Shown here: positions 24,748-37,772 of the stretch, in pieces
Layout of the letters: every line of letters starts with the position of its first letter
How positions within the stretch are numbered: the first letter of the stretch is position 1
NCBI RefSeq assembly: GCF_030684315.1
Contig: NC_081394.1
Span: forward strand, 6,244,658-6,308,657
Direction: 5' to 3'
Source: Stegostoma tigrinum
Taxonomy: Eukaryota
Length of the DNA stretch: 64,000 nucleotides
The notes under the pieces: model-generated
Seen by the model: only the letters and a program-made list of their open reading frames with translations
Databases searched by the model: none
Told to the model about the DNA's origin: nothing
Translations under genes and position numbers: made by a program

Positions 24748-24945
24748 CTAGTAGGAACTGCAGATGCCGGACTATCTGAGATACCAAGGTGTAGAGCTAG
24801 GTGAACACTGCAGGCCGAGCAGCATCATAGGAGCAGGAAAGCTGATGTTTTGGGCCTAGACTCTTCTTCAGAAACGTCAGCTTTCCTGCTCCAATGATGC
24901 CGCTTGGCCTGCTGTGTTCATCCAGCTCTACACCTTGTTATCAAA
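24748..24945. mobile_element. Palindromic Penelope-derived mini-element
   Basis: Inverted arms; TSD gatctcaatg (24738-24747 and 24946-24955). Confidence 0.8.
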
Positions 24946-25806
24946 GATCTCAATGGACTGCCTGGCAGGTTTACATGGCCCACTTCAGTCGCCGTTCCAA
25001 ATTTGCCTCAGAGCATGAGAAGGAAGTGTGAGTTGTGGGGGATGGGTGGGGCATAAGAATGTGGGACTCACTCCCATAGGACGTGGGAAATTATGTGGGA
25101 CTTACTGCCATCAGGAGTGGAGGCTCAGGAATGTGGGACTTATTCCCACAGGGATTGGGGGGTGGGAGCAGAATGTGGCAATCACTCCCACAAGGATTTA
25201 CTTGGAGAACATGGGGCTTGCTCTCATAAGGAGTGGGAGTGAATGTAGGCCCCACCTTCAATGGGTGTGGTCCAGGCAAAATATGTCAATGTGTTGAAGG
25301 GGATGTTGGATGAACACAAGGGAGAAAGAAATAGTAGGAACTAATGATGAAGACGGAGTGGGTAGATGAAGACAAGGTGTGAGGAGTTTCATTCAGAGCA
25401 GAAACACCAGCATCCAGGAAATGGACCAAGTGTGCTGTAAAATCTCTGTAATTTAGATCTAGAACACCATGTCCAATTCAAGAGAGAAAATACTCTGGAA
25501 ATCTCCTCTCCAATTCCCTGATGCAATCAAAACTCATCCAGCAAATCACGGCATCCAGGCACCATTTGTTCACCCACTTAACTTCTCCATGATGTGGCCC
25601 AGGGGGATTTACTGGAATATTTTCAGGGATGAGGGATTTCATTACTTGTGGCGAGTCTGGAGAAGCTAGGATTGTTCTCCTTAGCACAGAGGAGTTTATA
25701 GGGGAGATTCAATTGCACAGTTCAAAATCATAAGGATGAATCAAGAAAGGAAAATCTGGTTCTTACAAAACAGCTGTTTATGGGGTCTTGCTGTGTGAAG
25801 TGTTGA

Positions 25807-26105
25807 CTATTGGAGAATGAAGGATGTCAGTACTAGTGTCTGCTCTGACAGAACGGGTGGGTGGCTCACTCTGCAGGTGAGAGTTTGTCCCTGGTGTGTG
25901 AGTGTCAGGGCCAGAACAGAAGTATAGGTCAGAGTGGCACCATGCTGAGTTACAGTGCTTGAGACTGATCCACGTACGGCAGTGGGAGAGTCCCAGGTTA
26001 AGGCCGGAGCGGTTCCAGTGCACGTGGTGTTAAACATGGAGCTGAGGTTCACACAGTCACTCGATATAATTTCTGTCGGGAATGTTATGGAGTTAGCTGT
26101 GAAAT
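25807..26105 (-). CDS. A1 second Ig (C2) exon, damaged: B-strand Cys lost, no 3' donor, reads into a stop
   Basis: ctgtctgtcag|AT TTC ACA...DFTANSITFPTEIISSDCVNLSSMFNTTCTGTAPALTWDSP...GQTLTCRVSHPPVLSEQTLVLTSFILQ*; in frame with the V exon. Confidence 0.7.
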
Positions 26106-26801
26106 CTGACAGACAGAGAACGGATTAGTTTCAAAAAATATAACATGAAGCATCAGTTCAAATCATAGTCACAGTGTCCCAAGAGAAAGCACTTCTAGAA
26201 GGATGGTCTCTGAACTGACAGTCTGCAGAAAATTTATCTTATTTCTGAGCTTCTGTCATTCAGCTTTACATATTTATCCCTGTTGACACTGGGATTGCAA
26301 ACATTGGGTGAGGGTGGAAGGGTAGACCAGAGTTTAGAGTGCAATGGCTTACCAACGTCTCAGAGAGCAGAGAGCTATTGATATCACTGCTGTTTGTGGG
26401 AGTTTGCTGTGCTCACGTTGGACGCTGTGACTCCTGCGCCACATCAGTAACTACGTCTCAAGAATTGCTTCATTTCTGTGAGATTCTTTGGGATGCCCTG
26501 TAGTGGTGAAGGACACTATTGTTTTTGTCGCTTTGTAAGATCCTTAAACAGGATTAGAGAGGATGATGCGTGTGGATAGCCTGATAACATTGGTGGACAC
26601 AGTCAATACATTTAATCGCTGGTATTAAAGTAAGAAATAGAGGTTGCTCGAGAACTGAACTGGAAACTATCACCAGGTTATTGAGAACCAGACGCTGTTG
26701 TAACAGGCCATGTTTTGTGTTAATGTCACATGGCACAGTATGTGTTATTTCCCATTGAGCGCTGGATGTGAATTACTGAATAATTATAGCACAGCACTTA
26801 C

Positions 26802-27167
26802 CAGAAATGCGAAGATGGGTTACAGTAAAGTAGCTGTAACTATTTGCATTATCAAATTTTATTCTGCAATAATATAGTCCTGCATCTTCCTGTGTGATGT
26901 TGTTTATACTCAGGGAACAGTCTCCATCTTTTAGGTCTCCAGACAGCTGGGTCCGATGGCGAAATTGAGGCATCTCATTGCTGTGATTCTTGGAGTGGAA
27001 AGCTACTGACCATGTTTCCAATCGCTTTTGATAAAACCAGATTCCGACTCGCGGTTGGTTTGCCAGATGTGAAGGATAACTGTAATGACATGGAATCTGT
27101 GCAGAAGAACCTTCCCACGCTGTCACAACACCTGGAGTGTGGACTTTCACATTTTGAGTCAGTCCAA
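26802..27167 (-). CDS. A1 Siglec-type V-set Ig exon
   Basis: 366 nt, phase 1-1, cag|TT GGA...ATT TCT G|gtaagt; EGSSAQIPCHYSYP, GIWF, FRHRTQLSGDLKDGDCSLSINNITQEDAGLYYCRIKF. Confidence 0.9.
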
Positions 27168-27896
27168 CTGGGGGCAGAGATGCCAGTATTTAGTTCTGGA
27201 TGGCATGTACAAACGCTAAGTTCGGTATCCACTGCCTCTGAGTACAGTGGCTGTAGTGCGAATAATCTTGAGCACACACATGAAACTCCACAAAATATCA
27301 CACTGGCGGAGGGGAATCCTGGATGCAAGCGTGAAGCCAGTTTTCTACTCAACACAGTGTCTAAAAGGTAAACCAATACGGGTACGTTCTGTGATGATTT
27401 ACAGGGCAGCACAATAGATGAGGAGCCCTCAGAAGCCACACTCTTATCACTAACATTATTCACCTAATGAGACACACCTTCCTGGATCTTCATGGTCTTC
27501 ATTTGAAGAACTCTTTTTCAGATGCTTTAGTAATTATAGACTCCCAATCTCATTTGTAATATAGTTTAATATCTCGAACAGGAGGGTGCAGAGTGGAAGA
27601 CAGTTTTATTTATGGGTCGCAGTAAGCAGGCAATCACCTTGAAGACAGTTTGATGACAATGTCTCGGATGGAGACAATGATGAGACTTACCAGGGAGACC
27701 AAGGGTAAAAGGTTTAGTGTGAATCTATTGCAGTGCATTGGATATAGACATAAGAACTGACCATTCAGCTCAGCTAAATGATGCTGGATTTAATGTTCCA
27801 CACCTAACAATAACATGTCTCTCTTCACAATCCAATACTTATGACCCGGAAATTAATCTGTACATTCATTTCTCCAGTGTTTTCATGTCCTCCAGT

Positions 27897-28315
27897 AAAC
27901 TTTCACTTTCCCCTCAGTACTGACCGTCACTTTCACTGTCCCCCTCAGTACTGACTGTCACTTTCACTGTCCCCCTCAACTGTCCCCCTCAGTATTGACT
28001 GTCACTTTCACTGTTTCCCTCAATACTGACTGTCACTTTCACTGACCCCCTCAATACTGACAGTCACTTTCACTGACGCCCCCAATACTGACCGTCACTT
28101 TCACTGTCCCCCTCAGTACTGACTGTCACTTTCACTGTCCCCCTCAGTACTGACTGTCATTTTCACTGTCGCCCCCAATACTGACCGTCACTTTCACTGT
28201 CCCCCTCAGTACTGACTGTCACTTTCACTGTCTCCCTCAGTACTGACTTCACTTTCACTGTCCCCCTCAATACTGACTGTCACTTTCACTGTCCCCCTCA
28301 ATACTGATTGTCACT
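27897..28315. repeat. 31-bp minisatellite (cactttcactgtccccctcagtactgactgt)n in A1 leader-V intron
   Basis: About 13 tandem units; shares ccctcagtactgac with the 33-bp satellite. Confidence 0.95.
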
Positions 28316-28865
28316 CCTCCATGTGCATTCTCACACACGTCAACGCGACTGTTTTTTTTACTGTGGTGAAGGATTGTCTATTAATGGAATAGAGAGACCA
28401 TCAGCTCCCAGCTCCAATCCTGTCCAGATATCAACACGCTCACCTCATGGAGATGATTAATAGCCTCAAAACAGCTTTTTTAAAATGGAGTCAATTTTGG
28501 CCAAATGGTTTACGAGTTTAATCCTCTCTAAGATTTCTGAATATCTCCAACACTTTCCATCTAATCAGACATAGGGAGCAGGAGCAGGCCATTCAGCCCC
28601 TTTAACCTGATGCTTTCATCAGGAAGGTCATGGCTGATTTGATCCTTGTTCATTGACTTCCCTGGTGAACAAAGCTTCAGCTTTAAGATAATCACTATGG
28701 ATTTCCCATCCCTCCATTGACTCTCTCTGCTCTCTACCTCTGTAATCTTCTCTAGATCTGCAATGTATACTACAAGATGTCTGCTTCTCCAATACAGTTG
28801 TTAGACCGGGAGCCATTACAGATCGATAAGCACAGGGTGGTGGGCCGTCTGGACATGGTGTAGGT

Positions 28866-29323
28866 GTTGAGGTTGGTTGGCTCACCGAGCTGGTTTGTTG
28901 TTCCGCAGATGTTTCGTTACCGCTCTTGGTAACACCCTCAGTTCAGCCTCTGATGAAGTGTCGGTGTGTTTTCCTGCCTGGTTTTTAAACCCTGGGGTCT
29001 GTTGCGATGGATTGCCTCACTTCCAGGTTTCCTTCTAGTGGAATGTATATGGAGTCGAGTTCAATGCTTCATGGAGTGCCAGGCTTCCAGGAATTCTCCC
29101 ATATGCATTCCACTATGGAGGAAAGCCTGAAGTGAGGCAATCCATCGCAACAGACCCCAGAGTTTAAAAGCCAGGCAGGAAAACACACCAATGCTTCATC
29201 AGAGGCTGCACTGAGGATGTTACCGAGCATGGTAATGAAACATCCGTGGAACAACAAACCAGCTCGGCGAGCCAACCAGCCTCAACACCCAATCCCGAGC
29301 TACAGATCTACTCCAAAACCTTA
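28866..29323. mobile_element. Second-family Penelope-like inverted-repeat element with hammerhead cores
   Basis: Arms ~28865-29025 and ~29130-29290 are inverted; CUGAGGA-UGUUACC-loop-GGUAAU-GAAA-CAUC at 29211-29244; flanking atggtgtaggt direct repeat. Confidence 0.7.
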
Positions 29324-29441
29324 ATGGTGTAGGTTTGTAGAGAGGCTCACTGCTGATTTGGTTCCTAATCAGGCCTCAATAAGAATGAACTTTAACAATG
29401 ACTATTAACTATAAATCTGTCCTAGCTAGCAAAGATATTAC

Positions 29442-29481
29442 CTTGAAGAAGTGACAGCAGGAAGATCAATTTCACAATCAT
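29442..29481 (-). CDS. A1 leader (signal peptide) exon
   Basis: ATG ATT GTG AAA TTG ATC TTC CTG CTG TCA CTT CTT CAA G|gtaat (MIVKLIFLLSLLQ), phase 1; in-frame upstream ATGs at 29496 and 29508; acceptor tctttcag before 29516. Confidence 0.9.
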
Positions 29482-30019
29482 TCCAGGATATTTCATGAGC
29501 TTCTCCATCACCAGCTCTGAAAGAGAAAAGTGTTATTGAGCCATCACCTCTTATCTGCCAGCTTTTGAGAGATTAGAACTACTTTCACACCATGTCCTGA
29601 CAGAATACTTTGATTCTCTTTGGGACGATAGATGCTCTTCAGAGAGTTACAAGGCCACACGAAAGTAAAAGAATGAAAGATTTCAATTTCTGTAGCACAT
29701 TTTGCAGGAATTAAGGTTTATGTGAGTGGGTGATAAGCGGAGCTGAAACTCAAAATGATCAGCCATGATCTTATTAAATGGTGGGTCAGGCATGAGGGGC
29801 CGGATGGCCTACTCCTGCTCCTAGTTCTTATGTTCATCAACTCTGCAAGGTCATGCCTCAGCATTCCCCTTATCCCTTGAACTAGAAAAAAAAGTTTTTA
29901 TGGCAGACTTGGGTCTTACGGCCAGATCTCAGTAACAAATTGAAATTTTTCGAAGGCACCATTGATTAAAATCTGGCTTCTCAAAATCACAGCAAACAAA
30001 GCTGGCCATGATCTTGGCC

Positions 30020-30720
30020 ATGGCAGATAAGCTCTTGTCATTACCTTTCTTATCCTGGGCCTGTCCAAGTGCTCGCCTGGGGAGTAGGTACTGACACACT
30101 CTGACTGGACGGAATAGTCTCTTCCTGTGCTGGTTCCCTTGTGTATATAATTAGAATTTTCAATGTATCACTGTCAGTGAGATCAGGAAGTTGGTTCAAA
30201 GTGTGAAGGCAACGGATTGTCCATGATTACACACAAGCTGTTAACCCTTTATGTGGTCCTGATGTTGACTCTGTGCAGACCTGGGTAGCATTTACTATGG
30301 TCCGAGGGCTGCATGGAGCTTCTCCTGTTCCAATGCAACATATTCAAGGAGCTGAATTGGCCTCATCTTTGTGGGTTCAAGCTCAAGAAGCTGAGTAAAC
30401 ATCTTTCTGTTTGCCTCACAGGAATCAAGAAGTGGTGTCTGTCCAATTAAGAGACCAAGAGCTCAATAGTAAATAGAAATCTAACTCAGGCATCAATCAT
30501 TGAAATGTGTTTATGTGAAATCACAGCATCAAAGATATTTGTCATGGAAGTGAATTGCATTTGTTACATTACTTACCTATGGCCTGTCCCGCTGCTCATC
30601 GAGGGAGTAACTGCCAGGATCCTCTGCTGGTCTCTTCATGTGCTGCTACTCCCAATGTACTTAATTGTAAAGTGCAGAGGTGCTACTCTGCGTTAGATTG
30701 TGGAAGTCAGGAACCGGTGA
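30020..30720 (-). promoter_or_regulatory. Two tandem promoter/non-coding first-exon modules of A1
   Basis: Homologous to 19070-19750; distal module has donor TAG|gtaagt at 30577; proximal donor is GT->AT with a substitute aaag|gtaatg 9 nt downstream. Confidence 0.55.
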
Positions 30721-30823
30721 TAAAATAAAGGAAGCTCTACTTTCGTTGTAAATAGTCGGCCATTTAAGCCCGAGTCGGTGATATTTCTGTTTGGAGCTGG
30801 GCAGCTGATCACATAGAATTTCT

Positions 30824-30998
30824 AGAGATAGTAGGAGCTTCAGATGCTGGAGATTCTGAGATAACAAGGCATAGAGCTGGGTGAACACAGCAGGCCCAAC
30901 AGCATCAGAGGAGCAGGGTCTAGGCCCAAAACATTAGCTTTCCTGCTCCTCTGATGCTGCTTGGCCTGCTGTGTCCATTCAGCTCTACACCTTGTTAT
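30824..30998. mobile_element. Palindromic Penelope-derived mini-element
   Basis: TSD acatagaatttct (30811-30823 and 30999-31011); empty site visible in the paralogous region at ~19840. Confidence 0.85.
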
Positions 30999-31496
30999 AC
31001 ATAGAATTTCTCCCCTGCCTCTGGGGGCCTTCTGAACTCTCTGCCTCACTCTGAGGTAGAAAATTGGGAGGTGAAGTCCCCAGGCCAGAATCTCAAGTCC
31101 CATACCGTTGTATTATTGCACAAATGTGTAAACTAGCAGCATTCTTCTTGCTCATGCTCTACTGTTCAACATGAACATGACTGATGTGTTTGTGTGCTGA
31201 ATTTCACATTCCCATCTATTCCCAATAACTCTTGATTCCTTTGCATGTAACTTTTTCCAAATTTACTAAACCCACAGACAGAAAATAAAACTCAATCTTA
31301 ATTTACAGCAAAAACAAAGTTGTTGGAAAAGCTCAGCTGGTCTGGCAGCATCTGTGAAGGTAGAAACAGAGTTAACGTTTTGGGTCCGGTGACCCTTGCC
31401 CAGAACAGTTCTGACAGACCTGCTGAGCTTTACCAATAGCTTTGCTTTTGCTCCTGATTTACAGCATCTGCAGTTCTTTCATTTTATTCAATCTTA

Positions 31497-32486
31497 ATTT
31501 GATTTGATTTGACTTATTGTTGCCACATGTACCTAAGTGCAGTGAAAAGTTTTGTTTTGCGTGCAGTACAAGCAGATCAAAACACACAAGAAAATATTGA
31601 TCACAGGGTGTTTAGATAGAGTGAGTTACACAAGGATATGGCTGCTCAGGTGGTGCACAAAAGCAATATTAACATCAGATTTGAAATTGAAGAGGTCCAT
31701 TCAGCCTAATAAAAGCGGGGAAGGAGCTGTTTTTGAACTTGTTGTTACAAGTGTTTGGGGTTCTGTATCTTCTGTCTGATGGAAGAGGTTGGGAGATGGT
31801 ATCACCAGTATGGGAGATGTCTTTGATGATGATGTTGGCTGCTTTTCTGCAACAATGAGAAGTGTAGATGGAGTCCATGAATGGAAGGTTGGCTTGCAGG
31901 ATGGTCTGGGCTATGTTCACAACTTTCTGTAGTTTCTTACAGTCCTGAGCAGAGCAGTTGCAGAACCAAGCTATAATGTGCCCAGATACAATGCTAACAA
32001 TGGTGCACCTGTGAAAGTTAGTGAGAGTCCTTATGGACATGCCGAATTTACAAAGCCTCAGAGGCATTGTTGTACATTCTTGCATCTATGTGGGAGGTCC
32101 GGGACAGATTGTTAGTAATTGTCACTCCGAGGAACTTGATTCTCTAGAACCTCTCCACCTCTGCTATGTTGAAGTAGCTAGGGGCAATTACTCCTCCTTT
32201 CTTCCTCAAGTCAATGAACAGTTCTACAGTTTTGCTGACATTGAGGGAGAGATTGTTTTATTTTTACCACAACACAGAGCATTCAATCTCCTTCCTGTAT
32301 TCTGACACATCGTTGTTTCACATCCAGCCTACAATGGTGGTGTTATCAGTGAACTTGTGAATGGTGTTTGCACAAAATCTGATCACACAGTCATTAGTAC
32401 ACCGGGAATGCAGTAAGGGCTGAGCTTGCAGGGTGCCGGTATTGAGGATTATTGTGGAGGATGTGATGTTGCCCGTTTTCACTGAT
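31497..32486 (-). mobile_element. Rex1/Babar LINE 3' fragment
   Basis: LTNFHRCTIVSIVSGHIIAWFCNCSAQDCKKLQKVV motif and cttttcactgcacttaggtacatgtggcaacaataagtcaaatcaaatc tail. Confidence 0.8.
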
Positions 32487-34324
32487 TAATCTCTGTCCTG
32501 AAAGAGTGATTCCTCATTGTAAAACATTCTATGCTCACCCACAAGAAGAAACATCATTTCCAATGAAATATAACAAACAACTGCGCATTCTGAAAATCTA
32601 AAACAACAGAAATTGCTTGAGAACTCAGAAGGTCTGGGAGCATCTGGAGAGAAATCAAAGTTAATGCTTTGTTCTTTCAGAAGCTGCCAGACCTGCTGAG
32701 TTTCTACAGCAATTTCCATTTTTGTACCGTCCTCTCCACATCCACCTCATCAAGGCTATTCAGAATCTTATCTACTTAAGGACACCACCCTCATCCTTTT
32801 AAACTCCAGTGGAAATATGCCCAGACTGTCCACTCTTTCTTTATAAGAACATAGAACAGTACAGCACAGTACAGGGCCTTTGGCCCATGATGTTGTGCCA
32901 ACCTATTATCCTACTCAGGTCAATAAGAGAACTGACTCATTCCAGGAATCAATCAAGAAAACTTCCTTTGAACTGCTTCCAATGTATGTTCTTCCATAAA
33001 TAAGGAGACCAAACTGCAAAGCTTATTCAAGTTGTGCTCTCACCAATGCCCTGAATAACTGAAGAATCACGTCCTTACTTTTATGTTCAATTCCTCTCAT
33101 AGTAAAGGATTGCATTCAATCGACACTGCCAATTGCTTGCTGTACTTACAAACTAACATGTTGTGACACATGATGATGGGCATCTAGATCAGTTTCTTCC
33201 TAAGATTTGACAGTCATTCTCCATTTCAATACACCTCATTTTTATCTCTGTTTTTTTCCAAATCCTGTTGGATTCTTCTGCTATTTTCACTCAACCTTTC
33301 TATCATAGTCTGTGTCTTCGTTATGTCTTCTTCACAATATACAATCCTACCTATCTTTGTGTAACCTGGAAATGTTGCCACTTTGCCCTCATCTACGTCA
33401 TTGATGGCAAATATAATAAGCTGGTGCCTCAGCACACATCCCTGTTGGACCCCACTTCTCACTTGCTGCCATTCAGAAGAACAACTATTACGCAAACTCT
33501 CTGTTTTCTGCTCTAGCCAATTGTCCCTCCATGCTTATGTTTACTCCCTGTACAATACAATTCTGTTATTTGCAATGACTTTTCAAGTGGCACATTGCCA
33601 AATATCTTCTGTAAATCCAAGTACAGTTTGCCTGAAGGATTCTCTTTATCCATCACACATTTTGTTCCTTGAAAGAACTGCAATATAGGATCATGGAGAA
33701 TATTGTATGGAAATAGGTCTCTCAGCTCAATGGATCCATTGAACTAGTCCCATTTGCCTGCATTTGGCCCATATCCCTCTGAACCTTTCCTATACATGTA
33801 CCTATCCAAATGTCTTTTAAATGTCCACTGGCAGCTCATTCCATACATGCACCACCCTCTGCTTGAAAAAGTTGCCCCTCAAGTCCCTTTGATCTCTTTC
33901 CCCTCTCACCTTAAACCTGTGGCCTCCAATTTTGGACTCGCCTGTCCTGGGGAAACGACCTTAACTATTCACCTTATCTATGTCCCTCATGATTTTGTAA
34001 ACCTCTGAAAGGCCATCCCTTCTATAGTCCAGGGAATAAAAGGTCCCAGGCTATTCAGTCTCTGCTCGTGACCAGTCTCGATAACATCCTTGGAAATCTT
34101 TTATGCATTCTTTCCAATTTTATTCCATCCATCCTATGATAGGGCAACCAGAATAATATTGGCCAACATGACTTCTCTTTCACACACCAGGCTGACTCTG
34201 GCCAACTCATTTAGTTTGTCTCAGCACACAATGTCACGATCCACTTGGGAAAGTGGACTGTTTTTCGAACATAGCAATCTTGTACAGTTGTACAGCCTGA
34301 GAGTCAGAAAGGTCACTTTTCGAG

Positions 34325-37020
34325 GGCCTGTACTGAGACAGTGCCACAGTACTGACCCTCAGAACTGACCCGCCGACTGCAGCACACCCTCAGTACTGAC
34401 CATCTGAGAATGTTGAACTCCCATAGCACTGACCGACCGAAGCTACGGTACCACCTCAGCACCGACCCTCGAACTCTCTCAGTACAGACCATCGACATGT
34501 TGCACACGCTCAGCACTGAATGTCTGATAGCGTTGCTCTCCCTCAGTAGATACACTCCAACAGAGTGGCACTCCCTCAGCACTGACTGCTGACCGTGTCA
34601 CGCTACCTCACTACTGACCCATTGACAATGCAGACAACCCTCACTACTGGCGCTCTAAGAGTTTGGCACTGCCTCATTACAAACCCTCCAAAAGAGTAGC
34701 ACTCCCAAAGCACAGACCATCTGAAGGCGAGACGGTTCCTCAGTGCTGACCCTCTGATTGTGCAGCACACTCTCAGTACAGACACGAACAGTATGGCACT
34801 CCCTCATTAGTGACACTCTGACAGTGTGACACTCCCTCAGTAGTGACACTCCGAAGGTGCGATATTCCCTTCGCATTGATCCTCTAATAATGTGGCACTC
34901 TTTCAGTATGGACCCTCTGATTGTGCGGCACTCTCCCAGTACTGACCTGCCGACTGTGTGGTAATCCCTCAGTAATGTAACCTCTAACAGAGGGTCAGCA
35001 CCTCACTTCTGACCTTCTGACAACAGCATTCCCTCAGCACTCACCCTCCAACAGTGCAGCACACCCTCAATACTAACCATCTGATACTGTTGCACTCCGT
35101 CAGCACTGACCCTCCGAAACTGTGGTATGCCCTCAGCACACCTTCTGAGAGTATGGTACTCCCTCACTTCAGAACCTCTGTAGCGCGGCGCACCCCGATT
35201 ACTGGTCCACAGATAATATGCTCTCCCTCTATAGTGACCCTCTGACAGTGAGTTACTGCCTCAGTACTGACCCTCTGACAGTGCAACACCTCCTCAGCAG
35301 TGACCCACTGATAGTGTTGCAGTGCTTCAGCACTGGCATTCTAATAATGCAGCACTCCTTCAGTACAGGCCGTTTGAAAGTGCGGCGCACCTTCAGTACT
35401 GACTCTCTGATAGTGCAGCGCACCCTTAGGGCTGACCCTCCAAAAGTGTGGCACTGCCTCAGTAAAGACATTGCGACAGTTTGGAATTCACTCAGTAGTG
35501 ACCCGTCAACTGTTCAGCACAGCCTGAGTGCTGACCATCTGATACACTCGAACTCTCTCAGTACGGGCCATCAGACGTGTTGCACACCCTCAGCACGGAA
35601 TGTCTGGCAGCGTTGCTCTCCCTCAGTAGTTACCCTCCAACAGAGTGGCGCTCTTTCAGCACTGACTGCTGATCGTGTGGCTCTCCCTCAATACTGACCG
35701 TTCGACAATGCACTACACCCTCAGTACTGTCTGTCTCACAGTCTGGCACTGCCGCATGACAATCCCTCCAAAAGAGTTGTACTCCCTCAGCACAGACCAT
35801 CTGAAGGAGAGGCAGTTCCTCAGCGCTGACCCTCTAACAGCGCGGCACTCTCTCAGTACAGAAAGTCTGAAAGTGCAGCACTCCCTCAGTTCTGAAACCT
35901 TTAACAATGTGTGGCACACCCTCAGGATTGACACTAACAGTATGGCCCTCCCTCATCAGCGACAATCTGACAGTGTGACACTCCCTCAGTAGAGACACTC
36001 CGAAAGTGCGGTATTCCCGTCGCTCTGAACCTCCAATACTGTGGCACTGTCTTAGTATGGACCCTCTGACTGTGCGGCTCTCCCTCAGTACTGTGTGCCA
36101 CTCTGTTGGAGGGTCACTACTGATGGAGTGCAACGCTGCAAGATATTCAGTGCTGAGGGTGAGCAACATGTCAGATGGTCTGTACTGAGACAGTGCGAGG
36201 GTATCAGATGGCCAGTGCTGAAGGGGTGCTGCAGCTTAGGGGGGGGGGGGGGGGGGTAGGTCAGTGTTATAGGAGTTCAGCATTCTCAGATGGTCAGCAC
36301 TGAGGGTGTGCTGCACAGTTGACGGGTCACTGCTGAGGGAGTTCCACACTGTCGGAAGGCTGAGGCAGTGTCAGACTGCCAGAGGTACCAACACCCTATC
36401 AGAGTCAGTACTGAGGGTGTGCCGCGCATTCAAACGGTCTGTACTGAAGGAAGGAGCGCTGCAGTATCAGAGGGGCAGTGCTGAGGCACTCCAACACTAT
36501 CAGTGTGTCAGTGCTATTGAAGTGTTGCACTAACAGAGGGTCAGTACTGAGGCAGTAACTCACTGTCAGAGGGTTAATACGGAGTGAGAGCACATTATCA
36601 GAGACCAGTAAGCAGGGTGTGCCACACTATCAGAACATCAGAAGTGAGGGAGTACCAGACTCTCAGAAGGTGTGCTGATACACCAATAGTACAATACTCC
36701 CTCAGCACTGACTCTGCCACACTGTGGCCCACCCTCAGTACTGACACTGACAGGGATGGTACACCCTCAGCACTCAACCTCTGATTGTGTGGTCCTCCCT
36801 CAGTACCGGCCCACTGACAGTTTGGCACTGTCGCACTACTGACTCTCCCACAGTGCGCGCAACCTCAATGCTGACTCTCGGACAGTGAAGTACACCCTCA
36901 GCACTGAATCTGATAGTGTGGTGCTCCCGCAGTGTGACCCTCTAACAGCGGCACTTTGTCAGTACTGACGCCACGACTGTGTGGCACAGCCTCAGTTCTG
37001 ACGCTCCGACACTGCTGCAC
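34325..37020. repeat. Degenerate 33-bp satellite array with internal duplication and inversions
   Basis: Plus orientation ~34350-36090 and ~36680-37020, minus ~36093-36680; ~34500-34960 repeated at ~35575-36090. Confidence 0.9.
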
Positions 37021-37246
37021 TCGCTCAACACATCTCCAAATTTGATACTCAAACTATGACATTAACACTGAAGTGAGAAAGTGTAGAAACTCGGAGGTGG
37101 AGAGAGAAATGAAACAGGGATTGACAGAGAAAAACAGGGAGAGAAAGGGTTGAAGGAGGTTAAAGCCCTGGTTAAACCTCTGAACCAGGGCTGCCTCTCA
37201 CGAGCCTGTACAATAATTCAAAGCTATGTTTACTGTGCCAGTAAAT

Positions 37247-37745
37247 GAACATAGAACATTACAGCACATTACAGGCCCTTCGGCCGTCGATGTTGTGCCG
37301 ACCTGTCATACCGATCTCAAGCCCATCTAACCTACACTATTCCATGTACGTCCATATGCTTATCCAATGATGCCTTAAATGTACCTAAAGTTGGCGAATC
37401 TACTACCGTTGCAGGCAAAGCGTTCCATTCCCTTACTACTCTCTGAGTATAGAAACTACCTCTGACATCTGTCCTATATCTTTCACCCCTCAATTTAAAG
37501 CTATGCCCCCTCGTGCTCGCCGTCACCATCCGAGGAAAAAGGTTCTCCCTATCCACCCTATCTAACGCTCTGATTATTTTATATGTTTCAATTAAGTCAC
37601 CTCTCAACCTTCTTCTCTCCAATGAAAACAGCCTCAAGTCCCTCAGCCTTTCCTCGTAAGACCTTCCCTCCATATCAGGAAACATCCTGGTAAATCTCCT
37701 CTGCACCCTTTCCAAAGCTTCCACATCCTTCTTATAATGCGGTGA
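37247..37745 (-). mobile_element. Young CR1 LINE 3' fragment
   Basis: Open ORF2 C-terminus (LERVQRRFTRM...LFSLERRRLRGDLIE); nearly identical to the copies at 44.6 and 46.2 kb. Confidence 0.9.
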
Positions 37746-37772
37746 AGGTCTTCTGTTTCCATTTCTCTGTAG

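Noticed and set aside
26802-27167. Rearranging Ig/TCR/NAR V segment
   Set aside because: V exons end in splice donors with no RSS heptamer-nonamer; the Cys pattern is Siglec-type
27691-27738. Alternative A1 leader MHCNRFTLNLLPLVSL|gtaagt
   Set aside because: Phase 0, incompatible with the V exon; the true leader at 29442-29481 is homologous to the paralogs
27897-28315. CRISPR-like appearance of the ~31-33 bp repeats
   Set aside because: Head-to-tail tandem units without unique spacers, no cas genes, vertebrate context
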